Assembly: GCF_006345805.1 (NCBI RefSeq)
Contig: NC_043014.1
Span: forward strand, 18,724,001-18,788,000
Length of the DNA stretch: 64,000 nucleotides
Source: Octopus sinensis
Taxonomy: Eukaryota
Direction: 5' to 3'
In this document: piece by piece, positions 53,820 through 64,000 of the stretch
Position numbering within the stretch: position 1 is the stretch's first letter
How the letters are laid out: the number at the start of each line of letters is the position of its first letter
Made by a program: the position numbers and the translations under genes
Notes under the pieces: model-generated
The model's database searches: none
What the model was told of the DNA's origin: nothing
The model's input: only the letters and a program-made list of their open reading frames with translations

Positions 53820-54146
53820 GTCTTCTACTATAGCCTCGGGTCGACCAAAGCCTTGTGAGTGAATTTGATAGATGGACACTGAAAGAAGCCCATCATATAT
53901 ATGTATATGTATGTATGTGTGTGTATATGTTTGTGTGTCTGTGTTTGTCCCCCCAACATTTCAGAGTATGGACAAACCGATGCTGGTGTGTTTACGTCCC
54001 CGCAACTTAGTGGTTCGGCAAAAGAGACGGATAGAATAAGTACTAAGCTTACAAAGAATAAGTCCTGGGGGCGATTTGCTCGACTAAGGGCGATGCTCCA
54101 GCATGGCTGTAGTCAAATGACTAAAACAAGTAAAGAGTAAAAAAGT
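53820..54146 (+). mobile_element. SINE family B, 5'-truncated, with internal TA/TG microsatellite
   Basis: Links the 5'-half core and the 3' half in one copy. Confidence 0.9.
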
Positions 54147-54941
54147 AATAGTCCAGATTCAACGGCCGGCTCCATCTCTGTATTTCAGGAATTTTGCCTT
54201 AATATTCTAAAAAATTTTCACCATTACTTAAATGTCATAATAAATATTCATTTATATTTTATTTTAATTATGCATGTAAATATATGCATATATTTATGTA
54301 TGAACGGGTGTGTATGAATCCCCTGCTCTCTCTCTGTTTCTCCCCCCTCTCTCTCTCTCTCTCTGACTATGTGTAGATATACATATGTGTGTGTGTGCCT
54401 GTTATGTGGCTGTGTGACCACTTATGCGTATGCAAATCTCTGCATCTATGTTTATGTGCATTTACACACAAATGGCTATATATATATATTTATTTACTAT
54501 TTTTGTACTGGTATATCTGTCTCTAAACATGCATGTGGATATAAGGACACTCATGTAAACATATGTGGGTGTCTGTTATTATCTTCCTGAGCGTATATTA
54601 TTCGTTGCAATTATTCTGTTTTAAAAAGAAATGTATTATATCATATATGGTTCGGGAAGTAATCAAGTACGTATTTAATTATTCTTCGCAACACACATAT
54701 ACCTCATTTAAATGGATCTTTAGGAGATTTGAGATGCCGCCTGGGCACTCACTTCTGAGGGTAATCGTTCTTATAGCAGATAAAGCTGTAGCCTAATGAA
54801 ACTAAGATACTTGCGTTGTTTTGTTATTCATGTATTTATATTACGTTCAATACTCACCTGATGCTTTATTCTCAAGAATATGCATAAGCTATTTCTCACA
54901 ACTTATTAGTATCGCAAAGCCAAAGCATAATTATATATATA

Positions 54942-56100
54942 CTAGCAGCATGGGCCCGACGTTGCCCGGGTATATAGATGCCCCTAGAAGGCAACGACTA
55001 ATCCCAATCTAGTCCTTTCCCTCTAGAGAACGAAGGCGCATGTGTAGGTTGCAATGTCTTCTCTTCACTCCCAAATAACTATCAAACAGCTATCGATAAT
55101 TCAACCCAACCAATTCCTACCAGGAAGAAATTACATTCGAGACTTTACCCCCAACAACGCCACTTCTGCTAATAGCTGCTGCAGCCGCAAGTTATTCGAA
55201 TACTTTTTTTGTTTACACTTTCTTTATAACTACCATCCCAAACGTTTTACCTTAAATTTTTGACGTACCCTAAGGGTCCTCGGACGCTACTTGCAAACTC
55301 TTGGTTTATTATAAACCGCTTTTGTCGTGTGCATCAAAAAACCTTTTCCATTTGTTTGTTCAGTTTGGTCACTTTTGACTTTTTCGTTGTTGTCACTCAT
55401 CGCTGCCCGCTTTTTTGCCGTTTTTGTACATTTTTATACATTTTGGGATACTTACCCCACGTGTTCCGAGAGTTAAAAAGGTCGAGTTGCGTCCCCTAGA
55501 CAGTCTCTGGTTTGTGTTTAATACACAAATCGGTTTGCTATGTGTGCCACATATGATTTAATTAACCGATTTTTTCCAGTAATAAAGTATCCTATTGGAA
55601 TAAAAAGGGCCATATAGCTTCTTGGAGCAGACATGATGCTCGCTGTGAATTTAAAAAAAATTCCTGCCAATTTGTGAAAGATATTGTCGAAAATATGTCA
55701 TTTTGAATTTGAACGCAATTTCCCAAAATGGCATGATTTTATCGATTTTTTTCTGATGGTAAGGTATTGCATGGAAAACTAACGTCAGAATTAAGTTTCT
55801 TAGGTAACATTAAGCTTCATCATGAGTTTGGTGAAAATCGATTGCAAGTTTCGAAAACTACAACAGAAAATGTGTTGCATATAAAAAGCTTAGATTCTCG
55901 ACCCCATGTCGAATTTATCAATTTTTTTCAGAACTGGGGGAACTTTTCAAAATTTCCGCTGCGTTAGTTTTGAATTATGACATTGGGCTATGTGTGTGTC
56001 AAGTTTCATCAGAATCGGTTGAAACCCGTGGTCAGGGTGAGGGTACAACCTGACAGACACACAGACACACAGACAGACAAACTGCCGTTTATATATATAT
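54942..56100 (-). mobile_element. Non-autonomous Helitron, second subfamily
   Basis: CTAG|T at 54942 with CCCGGGCAACGTCGGG hairpin; (GTCT/GT)n near the 5' end; 5' TC not visible. Confidence 0.75.
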
Positions 56101-56307
56101 ATATATACATAAACACGAGTCATGTTGTGCCCTGTATTCCCGTAGTAAAATAACTAATGCTTTGGTGTTAGTTCTATGTAGGATTTCTTTCTACGTTTTC
56201 GCCACTCGCCAGATGCCTGATAAAGTTTTCTGGATACAGAAGTTGCAATACAGTTCTATATTTAAGGGATTACATTAGTTACGTTTGTCCGCATCATGTT
56301 TGTTGTT

Positions 56308-56353
56308 AACACAACATTTCGACTGATATACCTTCAGGCCTTCATCAGGTGTC
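56308..56353 (-). ncRNA. Minimal type-I hammerhead ribozyme-like motif
   Basis: GACAC-CTGATGA-A-GGCCTG/AAGGTATAT/CAGTC-GAAA-TG-TT-GTGTT. Confidence 0.7.
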
Positions 56354-56403
56354 TTGGGGAAATTTCTAACCTGGGTTCTTATTCCTAAGGTACTGTTCGA
56401 TGA

Positions 56404-56484
<81 letters not shown>

Positions 56485-56486
<2 letters not shown>

Positions 56487-56895
56487 CTTTGACTTTTGCT
56501 TTATATTTGTACAAGTTGGCTCCAAGTCTCACTCAGAGACCTCAAGAGGCAACAGGTTGGAAGTTCGTATTGTTGTTATGCCTAGTGTGCCATATATTTG
56601 GTTTTGTATTTAGTGTTGTACTAGTGAATGCCTGAAAAAAAAACGAAAAAAAAAAAACAAAGTTATGTTTGTTTTTAAAACTTGAGGTTACATAGAAAAT
56701 ATTTTGCGTAGGATATGAGCAGTTCCCATGAGCACTATCTTTTGAATTTCTGCCATTTTGGGGTTTCCCGGTATCTGAGTTAGGTAGTGATCAGCCCCTT
56801 TTGCTATCATTCCCAGGGCACCTATGACAACAGGTATTGTTTTAGTCTTCAGGTTCCACATTTTGCTGATTTCTATTTCAAGATCTTTATATTTG

Positions 56896-56898
<3 letters not shown>
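56485..56898 (-). mobile_element. 5'-truncated R4/Dong-like LINE inside (TAA)n
   Basis: SKYKDLEIEISKMW...TIPVVIGALG...IQKIVLMGTAHILRK*, then 3' UTR; TAA runs on both sides. Confidence 0.85.
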
Positions 56899-56965
<67 letters not shown>

Positions 56966-57329
56966 GGGTCTGCCTGGAATCGAACTCGGTATCTTGGGGT
57001 TAGTAGCCCGCGCTCTTAACCATTAGCCATATGTCCATTGCCTATAATGTAAATAATGTAAATAATGTACAGAAGTTACAGTTCTCGAGGTTTACTGCGG
57101 TTACTTTATTTACTCATGTCTCGCGCGGAAAGAGTAGAGTGGAAAGAAAGGTAGACCGGGAAACGAGGACCATGGTATCGTAGCCGAAATGATTATTTAG
57201 AAAGAATCTCTTGTTCTGTCATTTGAAATATTTGCTCCTCGGTATCTGAATTGGGATGTTGTGGTTAGTTGTTCGTTTTGAACAGAGAAAATAGCAAGGT
57301 GGGCGTATTGGGCAGTGTGCCACTGAAAA

Positions 57330-57560
57330 ATGACATAAGTTTTGCTGACAGTTTAACGGCAGCTGACAAGGGGCTTTCAGGGTATGAACAACCAGAATAC
57401 AATCATAAGTGTTCTGTTGCTAAAGTATCCGTTCAGATTTAATTTCGGTGGTAGCTTGTAACTTTCTAGTGTTGAGAAGTCTGCCATCAAGTCGTAAGGT
57501 AATAATGACTCTTATCCCACTTTCTGTGATAGTCTTGTCATACAAATTGCACAAGTGAGG
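57330..57560 (-). mobile_element. RTE (BovB-like) RT remnant
   Basis: GIRVIITLRLDGRLLNTRKLQATT...YDCILVVHT resembles YRLDG.LFNLRRLQAKT...ADDCALVAH. Confidence 0.6.
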
Positions 57561-57784
57561 AAGGTAATACATTCTACAGCTGACTGCACACACACATACA
57601 CACAGACACACACACACGAAATCAAACTTTTACATACGCAAACATATATAGGTGTGTGTGTATGTATATATATATAAATACACGTATTTATACATAAATC
57701 TGTGTGTGTGTGTGTGTGTGATTGTGCATACATATACATATATGCATACACATATATACATATACATAAATATCGTCGGTTACG

Positions 57785-58125
57785 ATGCCGGGAGTGCCAG
57801 TTAATCTGAATAACGGAACAGCCCGTTCGTGAAATTAACGTGCAAGTGGCTGAGCACTCCACAGACACATGCACCCTTAACGTAGTTCTCGGGGAAATTC
57901 AGCGTGACACAGAGTGTGACAAGGCTGGCCATTTGAAATACAGGTAGAACAGAAAGAGAAAGAAGGGTGAAAGAAAGTTGTGGTGAAAGAGTACCCACCC
58001 GCTGCAGGAGCCACGAGGAGCGTTAGGTGTTTTCGCTCAATAAACATTCACAACGCCCGGCTTGAGAATCGAAACCGCGATCATACGAATCCGCTGCCCT
58101 AACCACTGGGCCATTGCGCCTCCAC
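57785..58125 (-). mobile_element. OR-like SINE (tail type 3)
   Basis: Head GTGGAGGCGCAATGGCCCAGTGG..GTTTCGATTC; tail unrelated to the other two copies. Confidence 0.85.
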
Positions 58126-58136
58126 TACATACATAT

Positions 58137-58206
58137 GTAAATTTTGATATTAACACCCGTACCATTTTTACTGAGAAAAGAAATTACGGCAGACTACAGA
58201 GACTGC

Positions 58207-58275
<69 letters not shown>

Positions 58276-58409
58276 AGAAAGGTCTATACTATCCCAGACT
58301 TGGAGCTCCCGGTCGAAGCACAACCGTTTCCTCTCCACGTGACTCTCGGTAGTCTTTCGTAATTTTTTTCCTTAGAAAAAATTGTGCGGGGGTTAATATC
58401 AAATTTTAC
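58137..58409. mobile_element. MITE with ~60-bp imperfect TIRs
   Basis: 58137-58197 versus 58349-58409; internal (TA)n. Confidence 0.7.
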
Positions 58410-58428
58410 CCATATACATACATGCATG

Positions 58429-58459
<31 letters not shown>

Positions 58460-58494
58460 TTACACACACACACACACATACACACTCATGTACA

Positions 58495-60422
58495 TCTCTT
58501 ATTATAAAAGGCAGATTTTATCTGCCTCCCTTTGGGAGTTATACAAATCTACAATATAGGATTTCTTCAATTACAATTTACCTAGCATTTTTAAGAGTAC
58601 AATGCATCGCGTCATGCCAGGTCCAGTTTTTAAAATTTAAACTCCAATTAAGCAAAATTTACAGAAAACTCACATTCTGGTGTGTGTGTCAAATGCTTTT
58701 CTTAGTCTGGTTTACACCACACGCAAACGCACACACACAGTGGGCAACGAATAAAATGAAAGTAATTCACTTACTGTAGTGAGTGATTCTTTCACTCTGC
58801 CTCCCACTTCCTCTTTCCACACATAGACACGCAAATATATAAATAAAATTGTAAGCTAACGTGCGTGTGTGTGAGTGTGTGTGTGTGTGCGCGTGTGTGT
58901 GTGTGTGAGGGTGCGTGTGTGTGTGACAGGAAAGTTTTTTACGACGAATATAAGACCTATATCCAAGTAGCAGAAAGATAAGATAGTAAGGTGTGACTTG
59001 AGGGAGATTTGGCTGCTATTTCTACCATGTCTAGCTGCCATGTAGGGGTCTCCCTCATAGGCTCATACATACATATATACATAGATAAGACAGTAAGGTG
59101 TGATTTGGGGGAAATTTGGCTGCTATTTCTACCAGGTCTAGCTACCATGTAGAGGTCCCCCTCATTGGCTCATATATATATACATACATAAGACAGTAAG
59201 GTGTGATTTGAGGGAGATTTGGCTGCTGTTTCTACCAGGTCTGTTAGGCCTTCTCATGTAAACTCAAGCTTTCTCATGCCTTGAACATAAGACCAAAGCA
59301 GAGAATGTATTCTTTTATTCTTCTGCTTTTTCCAGCCATTGGTCTGTGGCCATGCTGGGGCAATGCCTTGAAGAATTGTAGTTTAATGAATCAACTCCAG
59401 TTTTATTTTTGTAAGCACTGTACTTATTCTATCTGTTTCCTTTGTCAAACCACTAGGTGACAGGGATGTAAACAAACCAACATTCGTTGTCAAGCAGTGG
59501 TGGAGGACAATCACAAGCACAGACACGCACACACACACACATACATGCATACACATATACACACATACATACATACATGCATACATATATATATATGTGT
59601 GTATATATATATTGCAGCGTGGAAGGTGTTTGTAAGCCATTTAAGAAACACACAAAAACCGTTACATTCACTTCAACATTTAAATTTAATTTGCCAAAAT
59701 ATTTTCGTCGCTTTGAGACCGCGACCTGTTCACTGACAAAAATATCGTGCTAACAGGTCGCGGGCTCAAAGCGACGAAAATATTTTGACAAATTAAATTT
59801 AAATGTTGAAGTGAATCTAACGGTTTTTGTGTGTTTCTTAAATGGCATATAAACACCTTCAACGCTGCAACTGTTTTCGTTCCAGCACACGATCTCAGAT
59901 CAAGTCACTTGCTATGCAAGTACATCTCTGTAACTATATATATTTATATATATATATATGTATATTGGTAAAAACAGTAAGATAACAAAAGAAAGAAAGA
60001 GACCTCAATATTATGTAAATAGAGGAAATTTTTATATATAAAAGTGAGGTTGTGTGTCTGCTCCTACGATTTAGATTCCTAACTACTCCCACATTTTGCG
60101 GTGCAGTTTAACCAAAACCGGGTATCTTATAGTCGTGATTCATATCGAGACCGTCTGGGTATTAGCACACGTCTACGATGAGTCTACGATTTAAAAAAAA
60201 ATTTACCATCATCTTTTCCCATTTTTAATCCATTTTTGACATATATAAGGGAAGTAACTCTCTAAAATTTATTATTAAATCTCAGAACGTAAAAAGCTAC
60301 AGTAACACCTCTCCCCCTTTGTGGTTAGCCATATTGAGATGACTATTATACTTTACATCTCTAAAAATGCTTATATAATTATTTCCCTTACAAACCCGAG
60401 CAACGCCGGGCGATACTGCTAG
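58495..60422 (+). mobile_element. Composite Helitron H2b (1928 bp)
   Basis: A|TC at 58495, CTAG|T at 60419-60422; 58978-60423 nearly identical to 38838-40259. Confidence 0.85.
59612..59870. repeat. Second copy of the 259-bp palindrome
   Basis: Same arms and loop as 39451-39709. Confidence 0.95.
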
Positions 60423-61415
60423 TGTACACTAAACCGTTGTGAGTATAATTATATCTCTAAATTGAAAACAACTTCATGCGTGCGCTATTGTGTTATATAA
60501 ACTTAATTCATGTTACAAGTTTAACATACGAAGTGACTGCCGTTGGGAAATCGCACGTTCATGATCTGTTGTTTGAGGTCTTTAAGTAAATCAGTTTTTC
60601 GGTAGAATCTGTTTTCCATTTAAATGTAAAATTTTATTCTCAATATCATACAGATCAATAATCGTAGAATGAAGTTGAACATTTCTTAAAATTTCTTTAA
60701 ATTCAACTGTTTATTCGATTTCATCTTCAAATAGATAAACACTTCGACTGACTATATACATATTTTAGAAGTTTTGCTTACCATTGTATAGATTCAGCTA
60801 ACACATTACTAAGGGCTTGGAAACGTAGCAGCAATTCTAAACTTCCCTGAAGAAGCATCTGTCTTATTTAGTTACGAGTAAAAATTCCTCTAGATGCTAG
60901 TAGAAACCGAGTTCACTCTCGAGAGATGTGGACGTTAGCTCTGTATGAATACGTTTTATATGTGAAGCGAAATGCATTGTTGAAAGCTTAATCGAAGGTA
61001 GCATTAAGATATTCGCATATACATACCTAGCTACACGCGCGCACCAACACGCATATCCACACACACACACACATACACACACACACACTCACACACACAC
61101 ACACACACTCACTCACACACACATATATGCGTTTCTTATATATGCATATAGACATTCGTGCATACATACATTTATGCATGCATGCATACATACATACATA
61201 CATACATACATACATACATACATACATACATACATGCATATTCATCATGGCGTCGAATGCAGACTCGTTGGCACAGAGCACTATTCATTATCCCGAGTAA
61301 TGAATACCTTTCCCTATAATTTTTGCCATTAATAAAGCCTGGTTAAAGAAATGGTTACCTTTGAGTAAGCGCAAACGAAAATCTTTTTTGAAAAGATCGC
61401 AGTAATACTCAAACA

Positions 61416-62113
61416 GTGAGATACAAACTACGTGGGAAATTACTATATGTACACCATGGCGACAAAAAAAAAAAACCCGGAATCAGCCATCACCGATTCT
61501 GGAACTATGAAGAAAAATATCAATGGACTTTCGAGTTGAACCAAGACCTATACCATTTCTACAGAAAGCCTGGGAAAGATCATAAGAAAGGATACATAAG
61601 ACTTACAGAATGTTGGGATAAGAAATACCGAACATCCTCAAAGTTTCAGAAAAAATACTATGCCAGCTTCATTTGTTGAAAAGAAATATATCATCCTACC
61701 AAATAAAATCACTCAGCCAAAACGCACAAACGACAACACTCGTATTAACAACCCATACATACGTATGAATGCTACATGTAACTATCTATTGTAGAAAATA
61801 TATCATTCAAAGTCACTGTGAAGAGAGAGAATGAGCAAAGAATATTATACCACAAAACAATCACTTACAGGCCCGTACGCAGGGCCAATACCGATTATCC
61901 GTACGGACACCAGCATTGGGGATACTCGACAGTTCTACAGAGGAGATCCATCCCATGAGTATTAAAAGCACCGGATTTCTGACATCGACTGCAAATTTTC
62001 AAAGACAAAACGCTATCAGCAGAAGAAAAGACGGAAGAAGAGGTATAAAATCAATGCAGAAAACTTTCGAGCGACGTATGGTTATCACTCAGATAGAACC
62101 CGATAAACAATAG
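61416..62113 (+). mobile_element. Collapsed R4/Dong-like LINE remnant
   Basis: QWTFELNQDLY...KGYIRLTECWDKK (N-terminal-like) and HPMS...RRKDGRRGIKS (post-RT-like). Confidence 0.45.
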
Positions 62114-63255
62114 CACCCAAAATAATTACATAGCTCAAGTGCTGAGAAAGAAAAGCAGTTAGGCGATTCCACCAATTTCAGTACGTCACATCGAACGTAA
62201 AGAACCGGTAAAAGTACATAAAATACATATACAATCATTTACCAGCGAGTGAAACTCGCTAGCATATATCAAGGGTTCATTAACTGTTTTAGGTGTGTTT
62301 ATGTAGTTTTAGCAGACATAGGCATTTTAGGGAACCTCCCACACAGTAAAACATCAATGATGTAAAACGCTCAGTATAAGAGAGGGTGAGGGAAAGAGAA
62401 TGAGCGTGTGTGAGTGTATGTGTATGCGTGTGTGTTTGAGTGTGTGTGTGTGAAAACGAGAGAGAGAGATAGAGAGAGCGAACTGTACAAATACTGGAAT
62501 GACACCCATTTTCAACTGAGTAGAAAGGAGAAACATAAGATGAAGCCGCTTGCTCAATATTACGAACCGCTGTCCTAAACACGAGTGCCATTGGTCTTCA
62601 ACGACAGTCACACATAGACACATCAAGTTTATTTTTCTCAGCATTTCTGAGGTAGGGTTACATGAAATTGTTTGCGAACATTTCTACCCTTCTCTGTCTC
62701 AGGCTCTCATAATGATTTCTCTGCTATCGAATTACATATTATTCTAAGTTTCATTTAAAGACTAAAATATTAATACCGCTGAGGGTTTTCAACTTTCCAG
62801 TATATGGGAGCCGCTGGATCTGAGGAGCTCATCTGTCTTTGACAGGTTTTGTTTTTTTAATCTTTCTGCGTTCCCATTCACAATCTCACTGAGTAAGTAG
62901 AGCAGATTAAAAACCAATTCCGGCGCAGGCCATGAGTAAGTAGTACAGGACCAAATGGCTAGCTTCAGCAAGTTTCTGTGGACCTATGACAGAACTGGTC
63001 CTAAACAAATTCATATGAAGACATGCATTTACAAAATATACACGCTCACGCGCGCACCCACATACACACAAACACACACACACACAGACGCACTCTATAC
63101 ATGCATATATATACTTACATAATCCTGACACGTTCTTTTCTCCGCTTTGTTCTCTCCCTTTTTTTGCTCATCCTTTTCTGTTAAAGTTCCGTAGGCTCAA
63201 ATGTGTACGACTTTTCCATTTTCCCCGAGTGTCAGTCTAATACACCCTGCTTGTT

Positions 63256-63469
63256 CAGTTCTATATTTAAGAGATTCCAAGTTCGATTCCAAGCAGTGAC
63301 CTGAACAACAACAACAACAATAATAATAATAAAAATAATAAGCATAAACTTCCAACTTGTTGTCTCTTGAGGTCTCTGGGTGAGACTTGGAGCCAACTTG
63401 TACAAATGTGAAGCAAAAGTCAAACATATAATAATAATAATAATGATAATAATAATAATAATAATAATA

Positions 63470-63510
<41 letters not shown>

Positions 63511-63665
63511 TCGAAAAATACCTTAGGAATGAGAAGCCAGGTTCGAAATTTCCCCTGGACACCTGATGAAGGCTGGATGGTATATCAGCCAAAAAGTTGT
63601 GTTAACAACAAACAAGATGACGGAGGACAAATATCCGTCAATTGTAAATAATGTAAATAATGTAC
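63256..63665 (+). mobile_element. Composite tRNA-head/(TAA)n/hammerhead-tail SINE, copy 2
   Basis: Box B GTTCGATTCC 63281-63290; (CAA/TAA)n; R4 3' UTR piece 63342-63428; (TAA)n; tail 63509-63665. Confidence 0.85.
63558..63603 (+). ncRNA. Minimal type-I hammerhead-like motif with mutated core
   Basis: GACAC-CTGATGA-A-GGCTG/GATGGTATAT/CAGCC-AAAA-AG-TT-GTGTT; GAAA changed to AAAA. Confidence 0.6.
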
Positions 63666-64000
63666 CTTGCTTGTTGTTCTCGCACCTCTCTCTGTCTTTT
63701 TGTTTTGTACATTTTGAACTACATACACACACACATACATACATACATACATACATGATGGTTGTAATTCGATTTGAGAATTGTCTCGCTTGATTGTTCT
63801 CCTAACCGTCAGTAGGATAGGGACTAACACTCCGTTGGACACATGTGACAACAATGGATACCTCTTGCATTAGATGTTACACTATTGTTTGGCGTATCTT
63901 CCTGTTTCAGTCGGCTTCATGAGGTATATTCTTTTCAACCATACTTCTCATAATTGATACTTTATAAGGCATTGTTAACAATTTTCCTCTGTCTGGGTGG

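Larger units (their letters stand above)
56251..57070 (-). mobile_element. Composite tRNA-head/(TAA)n/hammerhead-tail SINE, copy 1
   Basis: Head 57036-56971 (box A TGGCTAATGG, box B GTTCGATTCC); (TAA)n 56964-56899 and 56484-56405; tail 56404-56251. Confidence 0.85.

Noticed and set aside
56971-57036. Functional tRNA gene
   Set aside because: Boxes A and B are present but the acceptor stem is incomplete and it runs into SINE body; same for other tRNA-like heads
62789-62971. Possible exon or short ORF (EIVNGNAERLKKQNLSK...)
   Set aside because: Acceptor-like site exists but the frame stops quickly and there is no homology evidence

Overview
AT-rich, microsatellite-saturated eukaryotic DNA with no host exon or intact RNA gene that I can support. 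The repeat families and simple-repeat load suggest a coleoid cephalopod (Octopus-like) intron or intergenic region (inference from recalled repeat families). Content: several tRNA-derived SINE families; remnants of CR1, RTE and R4/Dong-like LINEs; a Gypsy pol fragment with its 3' LTR; Tc1 and mariner relics; MITEs; and non-autonomous Helitrons (A|TC ... hairpin ... CTAG|T) carrying captured cargo. Two observations stand out. (1) A composite element at 56251-57070 and 63256-63665: tRNA-like head, internal (TAA)n holding an R4/Dong LINE 3' fragment, and a tail with a minimal type-I hammerhead ribozyme fold. Both copies share the same outer ends and have TSD-like flanks although their bodies point in opposite directions, suggesting a Penelope-dependent SINE inserted with 5' inversions. 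(2) A 1.8-kb mariner-carrying composite Helitron present twice, one copy inserted exactly at an A|T inside the 5' end of another composite Helitron whose cargo recurs 20 kb away. Family names are by-eye assignments, not database results.
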